A stretch of 64,000 bases of DNA, from assembly GCA_965246885.1 (NCBI GenBank), contig OZ251992.1, forward strand, positions 640,001-704,000, in the 5' to 3' direction. The notes under the pieces were generated by a model that worked only from the letters and a program-made list of their open reading frames with translations, searched no databases and was not told the DNA's origin. The stretch is from Abditibacterium sp. (GTDB taxonomy: Bacteria > Armatimonadota > Abditibacteriia > Abditibacteriales > Abditibacteriaceae). A program made the translations under genes and the position numbers. This document shows, piece after piece, positions 1 to 10,170 of this stretch; positions within the stretch are counted from its first letter, which is position 1, and every line of letters starts with the position of its first letter.

Positions 1-361
1 TGCGGTGACTGGTGACAACAACTGTCGCTTCATCCCCGTTCTGTGCGGCGACCTGAACGCCATCTACTGCGTCGCCAAAATGGGCAAGATGAAGGAGGCC
101 ATAGTTCCACTCATTGCCGCCGTAAAATCCGACGCGAGCGCCCTCAACCACCGAGGTGAGAGAGAAATCCATCACGGTGTCTGGTGTTTGGGTTTGAAGG
201 GCGCTGACTAAAACGCGCACCGTGCCGTCCGGTGTGGAAGTATTGGGAGGAGGCGGCCCAACGGGTGCAACATCAGGAGGGGCAGGCTTCGGCTCTTCCG
301 GTTGGGCAAACGCGGCGCAGCACAGCGCGAGCGGTAGGGCGCACAGGAGCAGGCGGTTCAT
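1..361 (-). CDS. Secreted hypothetical protein, truncated by the window edge
   Basis: Read manually: ATG at 361 gives MNRLLLCALPLALCCAAFAQPEEPKPAPP..., a signal peptide plus Pro-rich linker, open to position 1. TAAAAT lies 7 nt upstream. Confidence 0.6.
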   Translation of the reverse strand, partial: MNRLLLCALPLALCCAAFAQPEEPKPAPPDVAPVGPPPPNTSTPDGTVRVLVSALQTQTPDTVMDFSLTSVVEGARVGFYGGNEWNYGLLHLAHFGDAVDGVQVAAQNGDEATVVVTSHR

Positions 362-421
362 TCACCCTATTTTAGCACCCTTGCGGGCGGCATCCAAATC
401 GCCCAACGGCGAGGGCACATT

Positions 422-838
422 ATGGAACACGCACAAATCGCCGCCAAAGCGCGCGAGTTTATTGACGCCTTGCACGAACTCGAAACCGGCGCCGCCGAGG
501 ACGCGGGTCAACTCGCCGACCTGTATGCGCCCGACGCGGGCCTCGCCAACTCCGCCCTTGATAACAAGAGCCGCGAGCTAAGTGGCAAGGACGAAATCCT
601 CCAGTTCTGGACGCAATACAAAGCCACGCTTGGCGAGGTGTACTCCAAGTTCCACCACGTCACCGCGTCCGACGACTCCGCCGGATTGTTCTGGACAACC
701 GAAGGCACCAACCCCGCCGGGGACAAGGTGCATTATCACGGCTCCACGCTCCTCGTCTTCAACGCCGAAGGGCTAATCCAGTTCTTTCGCGGCTACTACG
801 ACACCCGCGAACTGACGGTGAAAGCGGAAAGCGAGTAG
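422..838 (+). CDS. SnoaL-like/NTF2-family protein
   Basis: 138 aa; LADLYAPDA...GKDEILQFW...GLIQFFRGYYDT pattern typical of SnoaL-like domains. Confidence 0.75.
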   Translation: MEHAQIAAKAREFIDALHELETGAAEDAGQLADLYAPDAGLANSALDNKSRELSGKDEILQFWTQYKATLGEVYSKFHHVTASDDSAGLFWTTEGTNPAGDKVHYHGSTLLVFNAEGLIQFFRGYYDTRELTVKAESE

Positions 839-840
839 GG

Positions 841-2208
841 CTACTTCAACGCTTCGCGCGCCAGTTGGGGAGCGAGGCCGATGTAGCAGGCGGGGGTGAG
901 TTCCAACAGGCGCGCGGCTTCGTCGGGCGGCAGGTCGAGCGACTCGATGAAGGCGCGGATGGTGGCGGCGTCCATGCGGGCGCCGCGCGTGAGTTCTTTT
1001 AGCTTCTCGTAAGGGTTCTCGTGGCCGAGCTTGCGCATCACTGTTTGAATCGGCTCGGCCAGCACCTCCCACGCGCCGTCCAAATCGTCCGCGAGCTTTT
1101 GCTCGTTGAGTTCCATCTTGTCCAAGCCGCGCGTGAGGGAGACGAGGGCGAGGAGGGAGTGGCCGATGCCCACGCCCAAGTTCCGCAGGGCGCTCGAATC
1201 GCTTAGGTCGCGTTGCAAGCGCGAGACGGCTAACTTTTCCGCGAGGTGGCGCAAGACGGCGTTGGACAGGCCGAGGTTCGCTTCGGCGTTCTCGAAGTCA
1301 ATGGGGTTGACCTTGTGCGGCATGGTGGAACTGCCGACCTCGCCCGCGACGACGCGTTGCCGGAAGTAGCCGAGCGAAACGTAGCTCCACATGTCGCGCG
1401 CGAAATCGAGCGCGATTTGGTTGAAGCGCGCGAGGGCGTCGAAGAGTTCGGCGATATAGTCGTGCGACTCGATTTGGGTGGTGAGCGGGTTGTAATCGAG
1501 GCCGAGAGACTCTACGAAGTCGCGCGCGATGGCGGGCCAATCGGCGTCGGGGAAGGCGGCGACGTGGGCGTTGAAGTTCCCGACGGCGCCGTTGATTTTG
1601 CCCAGATACGCTTGGGCGCGGATGCCCTCCAACTGCCGGTTCCAGCGCGCGACGAAGACCATTAGCTCCTTGCCAACGGTCGTGGGCGAGGCGGTTTGCC
1701 CATGCGTGCGCGCGAGCATAGGCACGTCGGCCCACTCGTCGCCCATGCCCGCCACGCGGTTGGCGACGGACAAGGCGCGCTCTATCCAGACGTTGCCGAT
1801 GCCGCCTTGGAGCATGAGGGCGTGCGCGAGGTTGTTGATGTCCTCGGACGTGCAAGCGAAGTGAATCCATTCGGTTTCCGATGCGAGGCTCGTGTCGCGC
1901 AACCGCTCCTTCAGGAAGTATTCGACGGCTTTGACATCGTGGTTGGTGGTTTTCTCGATGGCCTTGACGCGCGCCGCGTCGTCGTCGGAGAACTCCAGCG
2001 CAATGCCACGCAACAGCCGCACCTCGTCGGGCAAAAAGGCGCGCACGCGGTCAATGGCGGGCGCCTCGGCGAGGGTAAGGAGCCACTCGATTTCGACGTG
2101 GACGCGGAACTTAATCAGCGCCGCTTCGGAGAAGTAGGCGCCAAGCGGCTCGGTTTGAACGGCGTAGCGCCCATCAAGGGGCGACAAGGCGTATAAGGGC
2201 GAAGGCAT
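841..2208 (-). CDS. purB: Adenylosuccinate lyase
   Basis: ALSPLDGRY, TNHDVKAVEY, GSSTMPHKVNPIDFEN, SRLQRDLSDS motifs. Confidence 0.97.
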   Translation of the reverse strand: MPSPLYALSPLDGRYAVQTEPLGAYFSEAALIKFRVHVEIEWLLTLAEAPAIDRVRAFLPDEVRLLRGIALEFSDDDAARVKAIEKTTNHDVKAVEYFLKERLRDTSLASETEWIHFACTSEDINNLAHALMLQGGIGNVWIERALSVANRVAGMGDEWADVPMLARTHGQTASPTTVGKELMVFVARWNRQLEGIRAQAYLGKINGAVGNFNAHVAAFPDADWPAIARDFVESLGLDYNPLTTQIESHDYIAELFDALARFNQIALDFARDMWSYVSLGYFRQRVVAGEVGSSTMPHKVNPIDFENAEANLGLSNAVLRHLAEKLAVSRLQRDLSDSSALRNLGVGIGHSLLALVSLTRGLDKMELNEQKLADDLDGAWEVLAEPIQTVMRKLGHENPYEKLKELTRGARMDAATIRAFIESLDLPPDEAARLLELTPACYIGLAPQLAREALK

Positions 2209-2395
2209 GGGAGAGATTTTAAGCGGCGCTCAAAACGCGTGGAAGTTTTTCCACTGGCCAAAACCGTTCTACATAAAGGCCAGCAAGGTTGAACGGAGTG
2301 AGAAAGCCGAAGCGGGGGCAAAACAAAGCCGAGGCTCTTTCCATCCACAAGCCGAGCGAAAATTTGCGCCCTTCGGGGCAAGGACAACCACCCAC

Positions 2396-2560
2396 ATGAT
2401 CAAACAGTTTTTGCAAGAAGAAGAGGGCCAGACCCTCGTCGAGTATGGCCTGCTCATCTCGCTCATCGCCCTCGTCGTCATCGGCGTCTTGACCCTCTTG
2501 GGCGCCAAGATCAAGAACACCTTCAACACCTCGGCCAACGCCATGAACACAACCACCTAA
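2396..2560 (+). CDS. Flp family type IVb pilin
   Basis: MIKQFLQEEEG|QTLVEYGLLISLIALVVIG: Flp cleavage site with EY motif and hydrophobic helix. Confidence 0.9.
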   Translation: MIKQFLQEEEGQTLVEYGLLISLIALVVIGVLTLLGAKIKNTFNTSANAMNTTT

Positions 2561-2578
2561 TTCCCTTGGATTTAGGAG

Positions 2579-2610
2579 AAAAGCCCTCCGCTTCCGGCGG
2601 GGGGCTTTTT
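2579..2610 (+). terminator. Intrinsic terminator after first flp
   Basis: AAAAGCCCTCCGC-ttccg-GCGGGGGGCTTTTT hairpin with U tract. Confidence 0.75.
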
Positions 2611-2760
2611 CTTTACCACTTTCTGACTCCCAACGCCATAAACGCACGTTCCTGCCGCGAAAGGAGAGAACAATGCAAAGGGGAAGGGCAACCACAAAGG
2701 CCGCGCCGCCACCGATTTTTCCGCTCTGGCACGGCGACCTTTTTCAGGAGGAATAAGCTA

Positions 2761-2928
2761 ATGATTTACAGTTTTTGGAACGACGAAGAAGGGCAGTCAA
2801 TGGTCGAATACGGTTTGCTTATCTCGCTCATCGCGCTCGTTATCATCGGCGCGCTCACGATTATGGGCGGGCGCGTGCGCAATATGTGGGGCAACAACGC
2901 GGGGCGCTACCCCGACCCGCCCGCGTAA
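2761..2928 (+). CDS. Second Flp family type IVb pilin
   Basis: AGGAGG RBS; MIYSFWNDEEG|QSMVEYGLLISLIALVIIG. Confidence 0.88.
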   Translation: MIYSFWNDEEGQSMVEYGLLISLIALVIIGALTIMGGRVRNMWGNNAGRYPDPPA

Positions 2929-2988
2929 GCCGCCAGCCGAAGCTTCACCTGAAGTTTCGGCTGTTCGCGTATGCCCTCTCGCCCCTCA

Positions 2989-3969
2989 TTATTGAAGGGC
3001 CGAGTCATATAGTCGTGCCATCACGCGGCTTTGGCGGGCGGCTTCTTCAATTGTCACCAGTTCCGCCTCCTGCCCTTCCAATTTGTTCCAAAACAAATCG
3101 AAGGCGTGCGCTTTGCCGTCCGGTAGGTCGTGCCACTGCCCGCCATCGGCGCCTTCGACTTCCTCCGAGAAATAAAAGACCTTCTCATCGTGCACGAGAA
3201 TCTGCCCGCGCGTGCCGTGCACTTCAACGGGCGCCGAGTATTTCGGGTCAACCCAGCCCGCTTCGATAATGGCCACCGCGCCTTTCTCGAACGTCACCAT
3301 GCCCGCGCCCCATTCGTCTATATCGCCATAGCGGTGCGTCGCGCTTCCCACTGTCGCGGCAGTTTTGACGGCTTCGCCGCACGTTGGCACGAGACACCAT
3401 AGCGCGATGTCGAGGGAGTGCGCGCCCAAATCGGCGTAACCGCCGCCGCCCGCTTCGGTCTTGTCGGCAATCCAGCGCCACTCCGAATCGAACCAGCCCG
3501 CGAGCGACCCCTCATGGCAGTTCGTGTGGCGCATCCGGGTGACGACGCCCAGATGCCCCGCCTCGATTTCGCGTTTGATGAACAGGTTCGATGGCATACC
3601 ACGCATGAAAAAGCCGGTTTGAAAAGTGACGCCCGCCGCTTTGACGGCGGCTTCGATGGCGTCCGCGTCTTCTTCGCTTGTAGCCAAAGGCTTTTCGATG
3701 AACAGGTGCTTGCCCGCCTTCGCCGCGCGCGTGGCCAGTTCGCGGTGGTGGCACGTTTCCGAGCAGATGACGACGGAAGTGATTTGCGGGTCGGCCAAAA
3801 TCGCGTCGAGGTCGGCGACTTGCGCGTCCAATTGCGCCGCGCACCGTTGCGCGCGCGCGGCGTCGTGGTCATAGACATACTTGACGGAAACATCGGGTCG
3901 CTTGTTGATGGTCGCCACGAAGCCGGGAGTGTGGATGTGGGCGACGCCCAGAAATGCGGTAATTTGCAT
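2989..3969 (-). CDS. Gfo/Idh/MocA family oxidoreductase
   Basis: AGKHLFIEKPLA, GGGGYADLGAHSLD motifs; start set at MQITAF. Confidence 0.9.
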   Translation of the reverse strand: MQITAFLGVAHIHTPGFVATINKRPDVSVKYVYDHDAARAQRCAAQLDAQVADLDAILADPQITSVVICSETCHHRELATRAAKAGKHLFIEKPLATSEEDADAIEAAVKAAGVTFQTGFFMRGMPSNLFIKREIEAGHLGVVTRMRHTNCHEGSLAGWFDSEWRWIADKTEAGGGGYADLGAHSLDIALWCLVPTCGEAVKTAATVGSATHRYGDIDEWGAGMVTFEKGAVAIIEAGWVDPKYSAPVEVHGTRGQILVHDEKVFYFSEEVEGADGGQWHDLPDGKAHAFDLFWNKLEGQEAELVTIEEAARQSRVMARLYDSALQ

Positions 3970-4068
3970 GGAATCCCCTTTATTTTGCGTGTCGCCCGCC
4001 CGTTCTACAAGGAGCTTTGGGCAGATGGCGCGGCGCGGGGGCGGCCAAAAAGTCACACTTGAAGCCTG

Positions 4069-4518
4069 ATGGGAAAAATTTTAGTTGCCGATGACGAAGA
4101 TGATGTGCGCTTTTCGCTGGAGCGGCGCTTGCGCCGCGACGGGCACTCCGTCACCATCGCCGCCTCGCAAGCGCAGGCCAGCCAAGCCATCGAGGATGCG
4201 CCCGTGCCTTTCGATGTCGTCCTCACCGATATGCTGATGGAATCGGCGGCGTCGGGCGTCGAAGTGCTCAAGTCCGCTTTGGCACGCGACGTGTTCACCG
4301 AAGTCGTGGTCTTGACCGCTTACGGCAACGTCGCCAACGCCGTCGAGTGCATGAAAATGGGCGCTTTCGATTACGTCGAAAAGAACATCCCCGGTGTGGA
4401 CGTCTACGAACTGGTCTCGATTAAAATCGAACAAGCCCTGGAGCGGCGCCGTTCCAGCTTGGCAACGGTGCGCCGCCTTGAATCGTTCGCTAAAGTGCGC
4501 GAAATGAACCGCGACTAA
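4069..4518 (+). CDS. Single-domain response regulator (receiver)
   Basis: ILVADDE, DVVLTDMLM, VVVLTAYG, GAFDYVEK. Confidence 0.9.
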   Translation: MGKILVADDEDDVRFSLERRLRRDGHSVTIAASQAQASQAIEDAPVPFDVVLTDMLMESAASGVEVLKSALARDVFTEVVVLTAYGNVANAVECMKMGAFDYVEKNIPGVDVYELVSIKIEQALERRRSSLATVRRLESFAKVREMNRD

Positions 4519-4527
4519 CTGCTTGTT

Positions 4528-4944
4528 ATGGAATTCCACTTCGGAGACCGCGTCGAAATCGGCGGGCGCACCATGCTCGGCCCCGGTTTTTCGCTCGTCG
4601 GCTTGGCGGGCATGGTGATTTTCCCGACCGCTCCCGGCGCGCCCGCCGGATGCCTGTCCGTCGCCGTTGATTGGAAGGGCTTCAACTACACCCCCGAAAC
4701 CGGCTACGCCGAAGGCTCGCTCCCGCCGGTTGTCAACGTGCCCGCCGAACACCTGTTCCTGCTCGAACCCAACCCCACCGAATACGGCGTCAAGTTGCCC
4801 ACCCTCCAGCCCGACCCCAACGCGCCGCCCAAACCGCAGTTGGGCATCGTGCACGGCGACAAAGACCCCGCCGAAGCCCCGCCCCTCCCCACCGATGCAG
4901 ATGAGGAGGACGAACCGCCCCGCCCGAAACTGCGGTTGGTGTAA
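4528..4944 (+). CDS. Hypothetical protein
   Basis: Follows the response regulator at 9 nt, coding-like codon usage, ends in PRPKLRLV. Confidence 0.6.
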   Translation: MEFHFGDRVEIGGRTMLGPGFSLVGLAGMVIFPTAPGAPAGCLSVAVDWKGFNYTPETGYAEGSLPPVVNVPAEHLFLLEPNPTEYGVKLPTLQPDPNAPPKPQLGIVHGDKDPAEAPPLPTDADEEDEPPRPKLRLV

Positions 4945-4953
4945 GGTCGTGAT

Positions 4954-6141
4954 TTAAACCCCCTGCGCCCGCGCTGGCCTTGTGCCCACGTTCACCGTGT
5001 AGTCCTTTGTCGCGCCGTTTGCCCACACCTTCAGCTTGAGTGGAGCGCCGGGTTTGAGGTTTGCGACGAGGTTGCGCAGTTCGCCGGGGGAGTCAATGGG
5101 CGTGTCGTTAGCGCTCAGGATGACGTCCGTTCCACCTTCGCTCCATTCAACTTTGGCGCCGGGAGCTTGCGGATACACGCCCGTCACCAGGACGCCGCCT
5201 TGGTTGCCCACGCCCAGTTGGTCGGCGAGGTCGCCGGTGAGCGGCTCGACGACCACGCCCAGCCAGCCGCGCGTGACGCGGCCCGTCGTTTGGAGTTGCG
5301 CGGCGATGGAGCGCACGAGGTTGGAAGGAATCGCCAAGCCGATGCCCTGATTGCCGCCGCTTTCGCTGAGAATGGCGGTGTTGATGCCGACCACGTCGCC
5401 GTTGATGTCCACGAGGGCGCCGCCGGAGTTGCCGGGGTTAATCGCCGCGTCGGTTTGCAGGAAGTCTTCATAGGCCGAAATGCCCAAGTCGCGCCGCCCT
5501 TTCGCCGAAATGATGCCCTGCGTGACAGTCGAGGCGAGGTTGAACGGGCTACCGACAGCCAGCACGATGTCGCCCACGTTTGCTTTGTCCGAGTCCACGA
5601 ACTTCAGCGTCGGGAGGTTGGGCGCGTCTATCTTGAGGACGGCGACATCGGATGCGGGGTCGGTGCCCAAAAGCTTGGCAGGGAAGCGGCGCCGGTCGGG
5701 AAGCGTCACGGTCAATTGCGTGGCCCCGCCTGCGACGTGGTTGTTGGTGATGATGAGACCTTTGGCGTCTATGATGACGCCGGAGCCGATGCTTTGGGAT
5801 TTCTGGTCGGGTTCGCGCAGCATGCGCCCGCCAAAGGAGCCGTCGTCGAACAGGCCGCCGCCAAAGGGGTCTTGGTACACGCGGCCCGGTTGGACTTTAA
5901 CGGCTTGGATGTTGACGACGGCGGGGGTGACTTTGGCGGCGATTTGCGCGTAGGTGGCGGAAAGTCCCGCTAAGTCGGCGGCGGTGCGAATCGGGACGCT
6001 TTGCCCTTGCGCCAAAGCGTTGGGTTGGATGGGGTTTTGGGGGGCGGCGTGTTGGAAGCATGCGCCCGCGCCAAAGGCGATGCCCGCCGCACCGACGCAA
6101 AGCGGTAACCAGTTGGAATTCTTCATGGAGTGGCGCCTCAT
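4954..6141 (-). CDS. HtrA/DegP-like serine protease with PDZ domain
   Basis: [39 protein letters not shown]; start may be 6126. Confidence 0.93.
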   Translation of the reverse strand: MRRHSMKNSNWLPLCVGAAGIAFGAGACFQHAAPQNPIQPNALAQGQSVPIRTAADLAGLSATYAQIAAKVTPAVVNIQAVKVQPGRVYQDPFGGGLFDDGSFGGRMLREPDQKSQSIGSGVIIDAKGLIITNNHVAGGATQLTVTLPDRRRFPAKLLGTDPASDVAVLKIDAPNLPTLKFVDSDKANVGDIVLAVGSPFNLASTVTQGIISAKGRRDLGISAYEDFLQTDAAINPGNSGGALVDINGDVVGINTAILSESGGNQGIGLAIPSNLVRSIAAQLQTTGRVTRGWLGVVVEPLTGDLADQLGVGNQGGVLVTGVYPQAPGAKVEWSEGGTDVILSANDTPIDSPGELRNLVANLKPGAPLKLKVWANGATKDYTVNVGTRPARAQGV

Positions 6142-6195
6142 TTGCGCGCATTTGGTGCCGAAACCTTCTCCTTCGGAGAAGAAAAGGAAATTACA

Positions 6196-6801
6196 ATGGC
6201 TTTTGAATTACCCGCCTTGCCCTACGACTACGCCGCTTTGGAGCCGACTATCTCGGCGGAAACCATGACCCTGCACCACGACAAGCACCACGCCGCTTAC
6301 GTCAACAACCTCAACGCCGCCATCGAGAAGGCGCCCGAACTCGCCGGGAAGTCCGTCGAGGAACTCGTCAAAGACTTAAACGCCGTTCCCGAAGCCGTGC
6401 GCGCGGCGGTGCGCAACAACGGCGGCGGCCATCTCAACCACACCATGTTCTGGGAACTGATGACCCCCGGCGGCGCGACCGCGCCTTCCGGTGCCCTGTT
6501 GGAAGCCATCAATGCCGCGTTTGGCTCCTTGGATGAACTCAAAAAGCAGTTCAACGCGGCAGGCGTGGCGCGCTTCGGGTCGGGTTGGGCGTGGCTCGTC
6601 AAAGACGGCGGCGGCAAGTTGTCCATCGTTTCGACGCCCAACCAAGACAACCCCCTCGCCGACGGCCACACGCCCATCTTGGGCAACGATGTGTGGGAGC
6701 ACGCCTACTACGTGGACTACCGCAACCTGCGCCCGAAGTATTTGGAAGCGTGGTGGAGCGTCGTCAACTGGGATAAAGTCGCCACCAACTTCGGCAAGTG
6801 A
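6196..6801 (+). CDS. sodA: Mn/Fe superoxide dismutase
   Basis: [39 protein letters not shown] pattern favours the Mn type. Confidence 0.93.
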   Translation: MAFELPALPYDYAALEPTISAETMTLHHDKHHAAYVNNLNAAIEKAPELAGKSVEELVKDLNAVPEAVRAAVRNNGGGHLNHTMFWELMTPGGATAPSGALLEAINAAFGSLDELKKQFNAAGVARFGSGWAWLVKDGGGKLSIVSTPNQDNPLADGHTPILGNDVWEHAYYVDYRNLRPKYLEAWWSVVNWDKVATNFGK

Positions 6802-6877
6802 ACCATTGCCTGCAAGTAAATCAATGCCTTGGGGAAGCGGCGCACCGTCGCGCCGCTTCCCACCAATACCCCTTCTC

Positions 6878-7075
6878 ATGCCCTTCGTTAACTTCCTCCT
6901 GCGCCGCCTGCTGACGGGCATCCTCGCGCGCGCCTTTTCCAATTTTCTGGTGAAGCGATTCAAGCTGTCGCCCGGCGCGGCGAACCTCATCTTCGTGGTG
7001 CTGGCGGAACTGCTGGCGCGCGGGACGGAAAAACCGACCGCGCCGGGTCGCGGTTTCCACTTCGGACGGCGCTAA
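6878..7075 (+). CDS. Small hypothetical protein
   Basis: MPFVNFLLRRLLTG... 65 aa, fills the gap between sod and the HD-GYP gene. Confidence 0.45.
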   Translation: MPFVNFLLRRLLTGILARAFSNFLVKRFKLSPGAANLIFVVLAELLARGTEKPTAPGRGFHFGRR

Positions 7076-7131
7076 AGGGCGCCGATGCCCGGCGCGGCGC
7101 CAATGGCGAAAGACGTGTTTACCCCCCGCTC

Positions 7132-8379
7132 ATGCAACAAACCGAAGCCTCTCACCCCGCGTCCGCGACTGACTCGCTCGCCGCCTTGGATACCCTGCGC
7201 GCGGGCATTCTCGCCCAAGCAACCGAAACCGAGTCCGTGCGGCAGGAACTCGACGCCGCCCGCGCTCGTTTGGCCGAAGTGGAAGGCGCGCACGAGGAAG
7301 CGCGGAGTGAAAACGCGCGTCTGAGTGGGCAACTCGTGCAAGTGACCCGCAAGCTCGATAACGCCCGCGAGCGCAACCGCGACTTGCACGAGCAACTCCT
7401 CGACTTCTACGCCGAACTGCGCGCCGCCGACCTGCCCCACCTTGCGCTCCGCTTAGCGGCGGGCATCACCGGCGCCGAATCGGGCTTGTTCACCCAAGCT
7501 GACGGGAGCGGCACGCTCGCCACCTTCCACTTGTCCGACATGGAAGAGTTCCTCGTCAACGCGCTTTACGATTATTCGCGCCGCGCGGCGGACGCGGGAG
7601 AACCCATCGTCGAAAACGACCCCAAGAAGTTGCCCGATGGCGCGGGTCTGGTCAACCTCGCCGCTTTGCCCGTCGCTGCCAAGGGCGAACTGCGCGGCGT
7701 CTTGCTGCTGTGTAACAAGCGGTCGGGCGCCTTTGATGACGACGACACGCGCACCCTGCTCGCCATCGGCCAACACGCGGGCTTGGCGATGGAAAACGCG
7801 CGCTTGCACTCGGAACTCAACGAAGCCTACGCCGCCACCATCGCCGTCCTCGCCGACGCCATCGAAGCCAAAGACGCGTACACGCGCGGTCACTGCGAGG
7901 GCGTGTCCCGCTTGGCGGTTGAAGTCGGGCGCCGCCTCAACCTGAGCGAAGAGCAACTGCGCAACGCCCGCTACGCCGCCCTGCTTCACGACATCGGCAA
8001 GATTGGCGTGCCCGATGGTATCCTCTTCAAGCCCACTAAGCTGATGCCCGAAGAGTTCGCCATCATCCAAAAACACCCGCAGATTGGCCGCGACCTCGTG
8101 GCCCGCGTCGCGGCCTTAAATGGCCTGTCCGATGTCATCTTGCACCACCACGAGAAGTGGGACGGCTCCGGCTACCCCGACGGTTTGGCGGGCGAGGGCA
8201 TCCCGCTTCTGGCGCGCATCGTGGGCGCCGTTGACGCCTTCGACGCCATGACCACGCCGCGCCCCTACCGTGAACCCGTCGCCCACAACGAAGCCATCGC
8301 CGAAATGCGGCGCTGCGCCGGAAGCCAGTTCGATCCTCAAGTCGTCGAACTCGTCGCCCAAATCGTCAGCGCCAACTGA
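7132..8379 (+). CDS. Coiled-coil + GAF + HD-GYP cyclic dinucleotide phosphodiesterase
   Basis: KDAYTRGH, LLHDIGKIG, HHEKWDGSGYPDGL, DAFDAMT. Confidence 0.92.
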   Translation: MQQTEASHPASATDSLAALDTLRAGILAQATETESVRQELDAARARLAEVEGAHEEARSENARLSGQLVQVTRKLDNARERNRDLHEQLLDFYAELRAADLPHLALRLAAGITGAESGLFTQADGSGTLATFHLSDMEEFLVNALYDYSRRAADAGEPIVENDPKKLPDGAGLVNLAALPVAAKGELRGVLLLCNKRSGAFDDDDTRTLLAIGQHAGLAMENARLHSELNEAYAATIAVLADAIEAKDAYTRGHCEGVSRLAVEVGRRLNLSEEQLRNARYAALLHDIGKIGVPDGILFKPTKLMPEEFAIIQKHPQIGRDLVARVAALNGLSDVILHHHEKWDGSGYPDGLAGEGIPLLARIVGAVDAFDAMTTPRPYREPVAHNEAIAEMRRCAGSQFDPQVVELVAQIVSAN

Positions 8380-8394
8380 ATTAAACTGGGCGCT

Positions 8395-9051
8395 ATGAGC
8401 GCCCAACGCAAAGCCGACCACTTCGTTTCCCTCGACGAGTACTACGATTTGTTGCTTCACGGCGACATCAAATACGAACGCTTCAACGGGCACATCTGGC
8501 CCGTCGGCAACCCCGACAACTCGCCCAAACTGATGGCGGGCGCCCAGCCCGACCACAACCGCATCAAGAACAACGTCGAAACCAAGCTTTCCGCGCAACT
8601 CGACGGCACGCCGTGCGAGGTCATGTCCGGCGACCAACAAGTCCGCATCGAAGACTCCGGCCTCAACGCTTTTCCAGACCTGATCGTGGCGTGCGCCGAT
8701 GCCCGCTTCGAGAACGTGCGCGGCTTGGGCACGCTGTTCAATCCCATCGTCATTGTCGAAATCCTGTCGCCTTCCACCGAGTCCTTCGACCGCACCGACA
8801 AATGGGCACACTACCAACGACTCGCTTCCCTGCGCGACTACGTCGTTATCTTCTCCAACCAAATGCGCGTCGAACATCATGGGCGGGAGGAGGCGGGCGC
8901 CGCGTGGACGGAAACCATCTGCTTTCGTCCCGACGAGCGCCTCGAATTGCGCGGTGTTGCGGCGAGTTTGCGCGTGGGCGATTTGTATCGGCGCGTCACG
9001 CTGTCTTCCGAGAATACGACGCGCATGCCGCGCCTTGACCTGAGCGAGTAG
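8395..9051 (+). CDS. Uma2 family (DUF820) endonuclease-like protein
   Basis: FPDLIV, PIVIVEILSPST, DRTDKWAHYQRLASLRDY. Confidence 0.88.
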   Translation: MSAQRKADHFVSLDEYYDLLLHGDIKYERFNGHIWPVGNPDNSPKLMAGAQPDHNRIKNNVETKLSAQLDGTPCEVMSGDQQVRIEDSGLNAFPDLIVACADARFENVRGLGTLFNPIVIVEILSPSTESFDRTDKWAHYQRLASLRDYVVIFSNQMRVEHHGREEAGAAWTETICFRPDERLELRGVAASLRVGDLYRRVTLSSENTTRMPRLDLSE

Positions 9052-9067
9052 CGCACACTGGCCCGCC

Positions 9068-10099
9068 ATGAATCATCACCGTTGGTTTTCTCTTGCACTC
9101 GAAGTTTCGCCCGCCGATGTGGACAACGCCTCAGCCTTTTTGCACTCGCTGGGCGCGCAAGGAGTGCAAATCGAGGACACGCAGATTCTCTTCGACCAAA
9201 GCGAGGACGCGGCCATCGTCCCGCGCGAGTCGCCGCTTGTCACCGGCTACTTCGAGATCGCGTCCGCCACGCAATTGGAAGAGCTACGGGGCGCGGTGAA
9301 CGAACCACCGGCATCGGCGAACCATTCCCACACCTCTGCCGACGACGGAACTGTGCGCGCCGACGACGGAACTGTGCGCGCCGACGACAGAACTGTGCGC
9401 GCCGATGGTTCGTTTAGGCCGGTGAACGTTCGGTGGGAAGAGATCGAGACGCAAGATTGGGCGACGAAGTGGCGCGAGAACTTCCCGCCGCTCGAAATCG
9501 GCCCGTTTCTCATTGTGCCGACATGGGAAGAGGTGCCAACCGATGCGAGCGAGCGAATAGTGTTGCGGCTCGATCCGGGGTTGGCGTTCGGGACGGGGCA
9601 ACACCCGACGACGCACCTATGCTTGGAACTGCTGGCGCAAGAACTGGAAGGGCGCGGAGAAGTGGCGCTGTTGGATGTCGGGTGTGGAAGCGGAATCCTC
9701 AGCCTCGCGGCGGCGCACTTGGGCGCGCGGGTAGTGGCGTCCGACTTGGACTTGTGGTGCGTCGAAGCCACGCGCGAGAACGCGCAGTTAAATGGTGTGT
9801 CTGAGCGCGTCGAGGCGAAACTGGTCGCCGATTTGGAGTGGGTCAAAGCGCCGTTTCCCTTCGTCGTCGCCAATCTGATGAGCGCGCTTCTTATCCGTCT
9901 GGCGCCCGATTTGGCGCGGGCCACGCTCGAAGGCGGCACGCTGGTAGTCTCCGGCATTTCTTCGCCGCGCGCCGACGATGTCCGTGCGGCGCTCGAAGCC
10001 GTTGGGTTTACGACTCAAGAAAAGCGCGAGCGCGACGGCGAAACGCGCGGCGACGGCTGGATTGAGCGGTGGAGCGCGTTTGTTTTTCGCCGCGCGTAG
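9068..10099 (+). CDS. prmA: 50S ribosomal protein L11 methyltransferase
   Basis: LDPGLAFGTGQHPTT, LLDVGCGSGILS; adjacent to rsmE; carries an internal 42-aa repeat insertion. Confidence 0.93.
   Translation: MNHHRWFSLALEVSPADVDNASAFLHSLGAQGVQIEDTQILFDQSEDAAIVPRESPLVTGYFEIASATQLEELRGAVNEPPASANHSHTSADDGTVRADDGTVRADDRTVRADGSFRPVNVRWEEIETQDWATKWRENFPPLEIGPFLIVPTWEEVPTDASERIVLRLDPGLAFGTGQHPTTHLCLELLAQELEGRGEVALLDVGCGSGILSLAAAHLGARVVASDLDLWCVEATRENAQLNGVSERVEAKLVADLEWVKAPFPFVVANLMSALLIRLAPDLARATLEGGTLVVSGISSPRADDVRAALEAVGFTTQEKRERDGETRGDGWIERWSAFVFRRA
9295..9420. repeat. 21-nt-period array (6 units) inside prmA
   Basis: GCCGACGACGGAACTGTGCGC x3 plus degenerate units; CGGTGAACG at 9294 and 9420; inverted ends 9299-9312 and 9401-9414. 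Confidence 0.85.
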
Positions 10100-10170
10100 G
10101 GACGCTGCTTGCCGCGTCCTCTTTGTCTGTTACAATTTGCACGGACGGAGCAAGCGCCGTCCCTACGCCC

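Noticed and set aside
5..211. Plus-strand 68-aa ORF
   Set aside because: Overlaps a better minus-strand ORF with a signal peptide and an upstream -10-like hexamer.
2209..2760. c-di-GMP riboswitch upstream of the flp genes
   Set aside because: GGCAAA and GAAA fragments are present but I could not build the GEMM two-stem consensus; an Infernal/Rfam scan would be needed.
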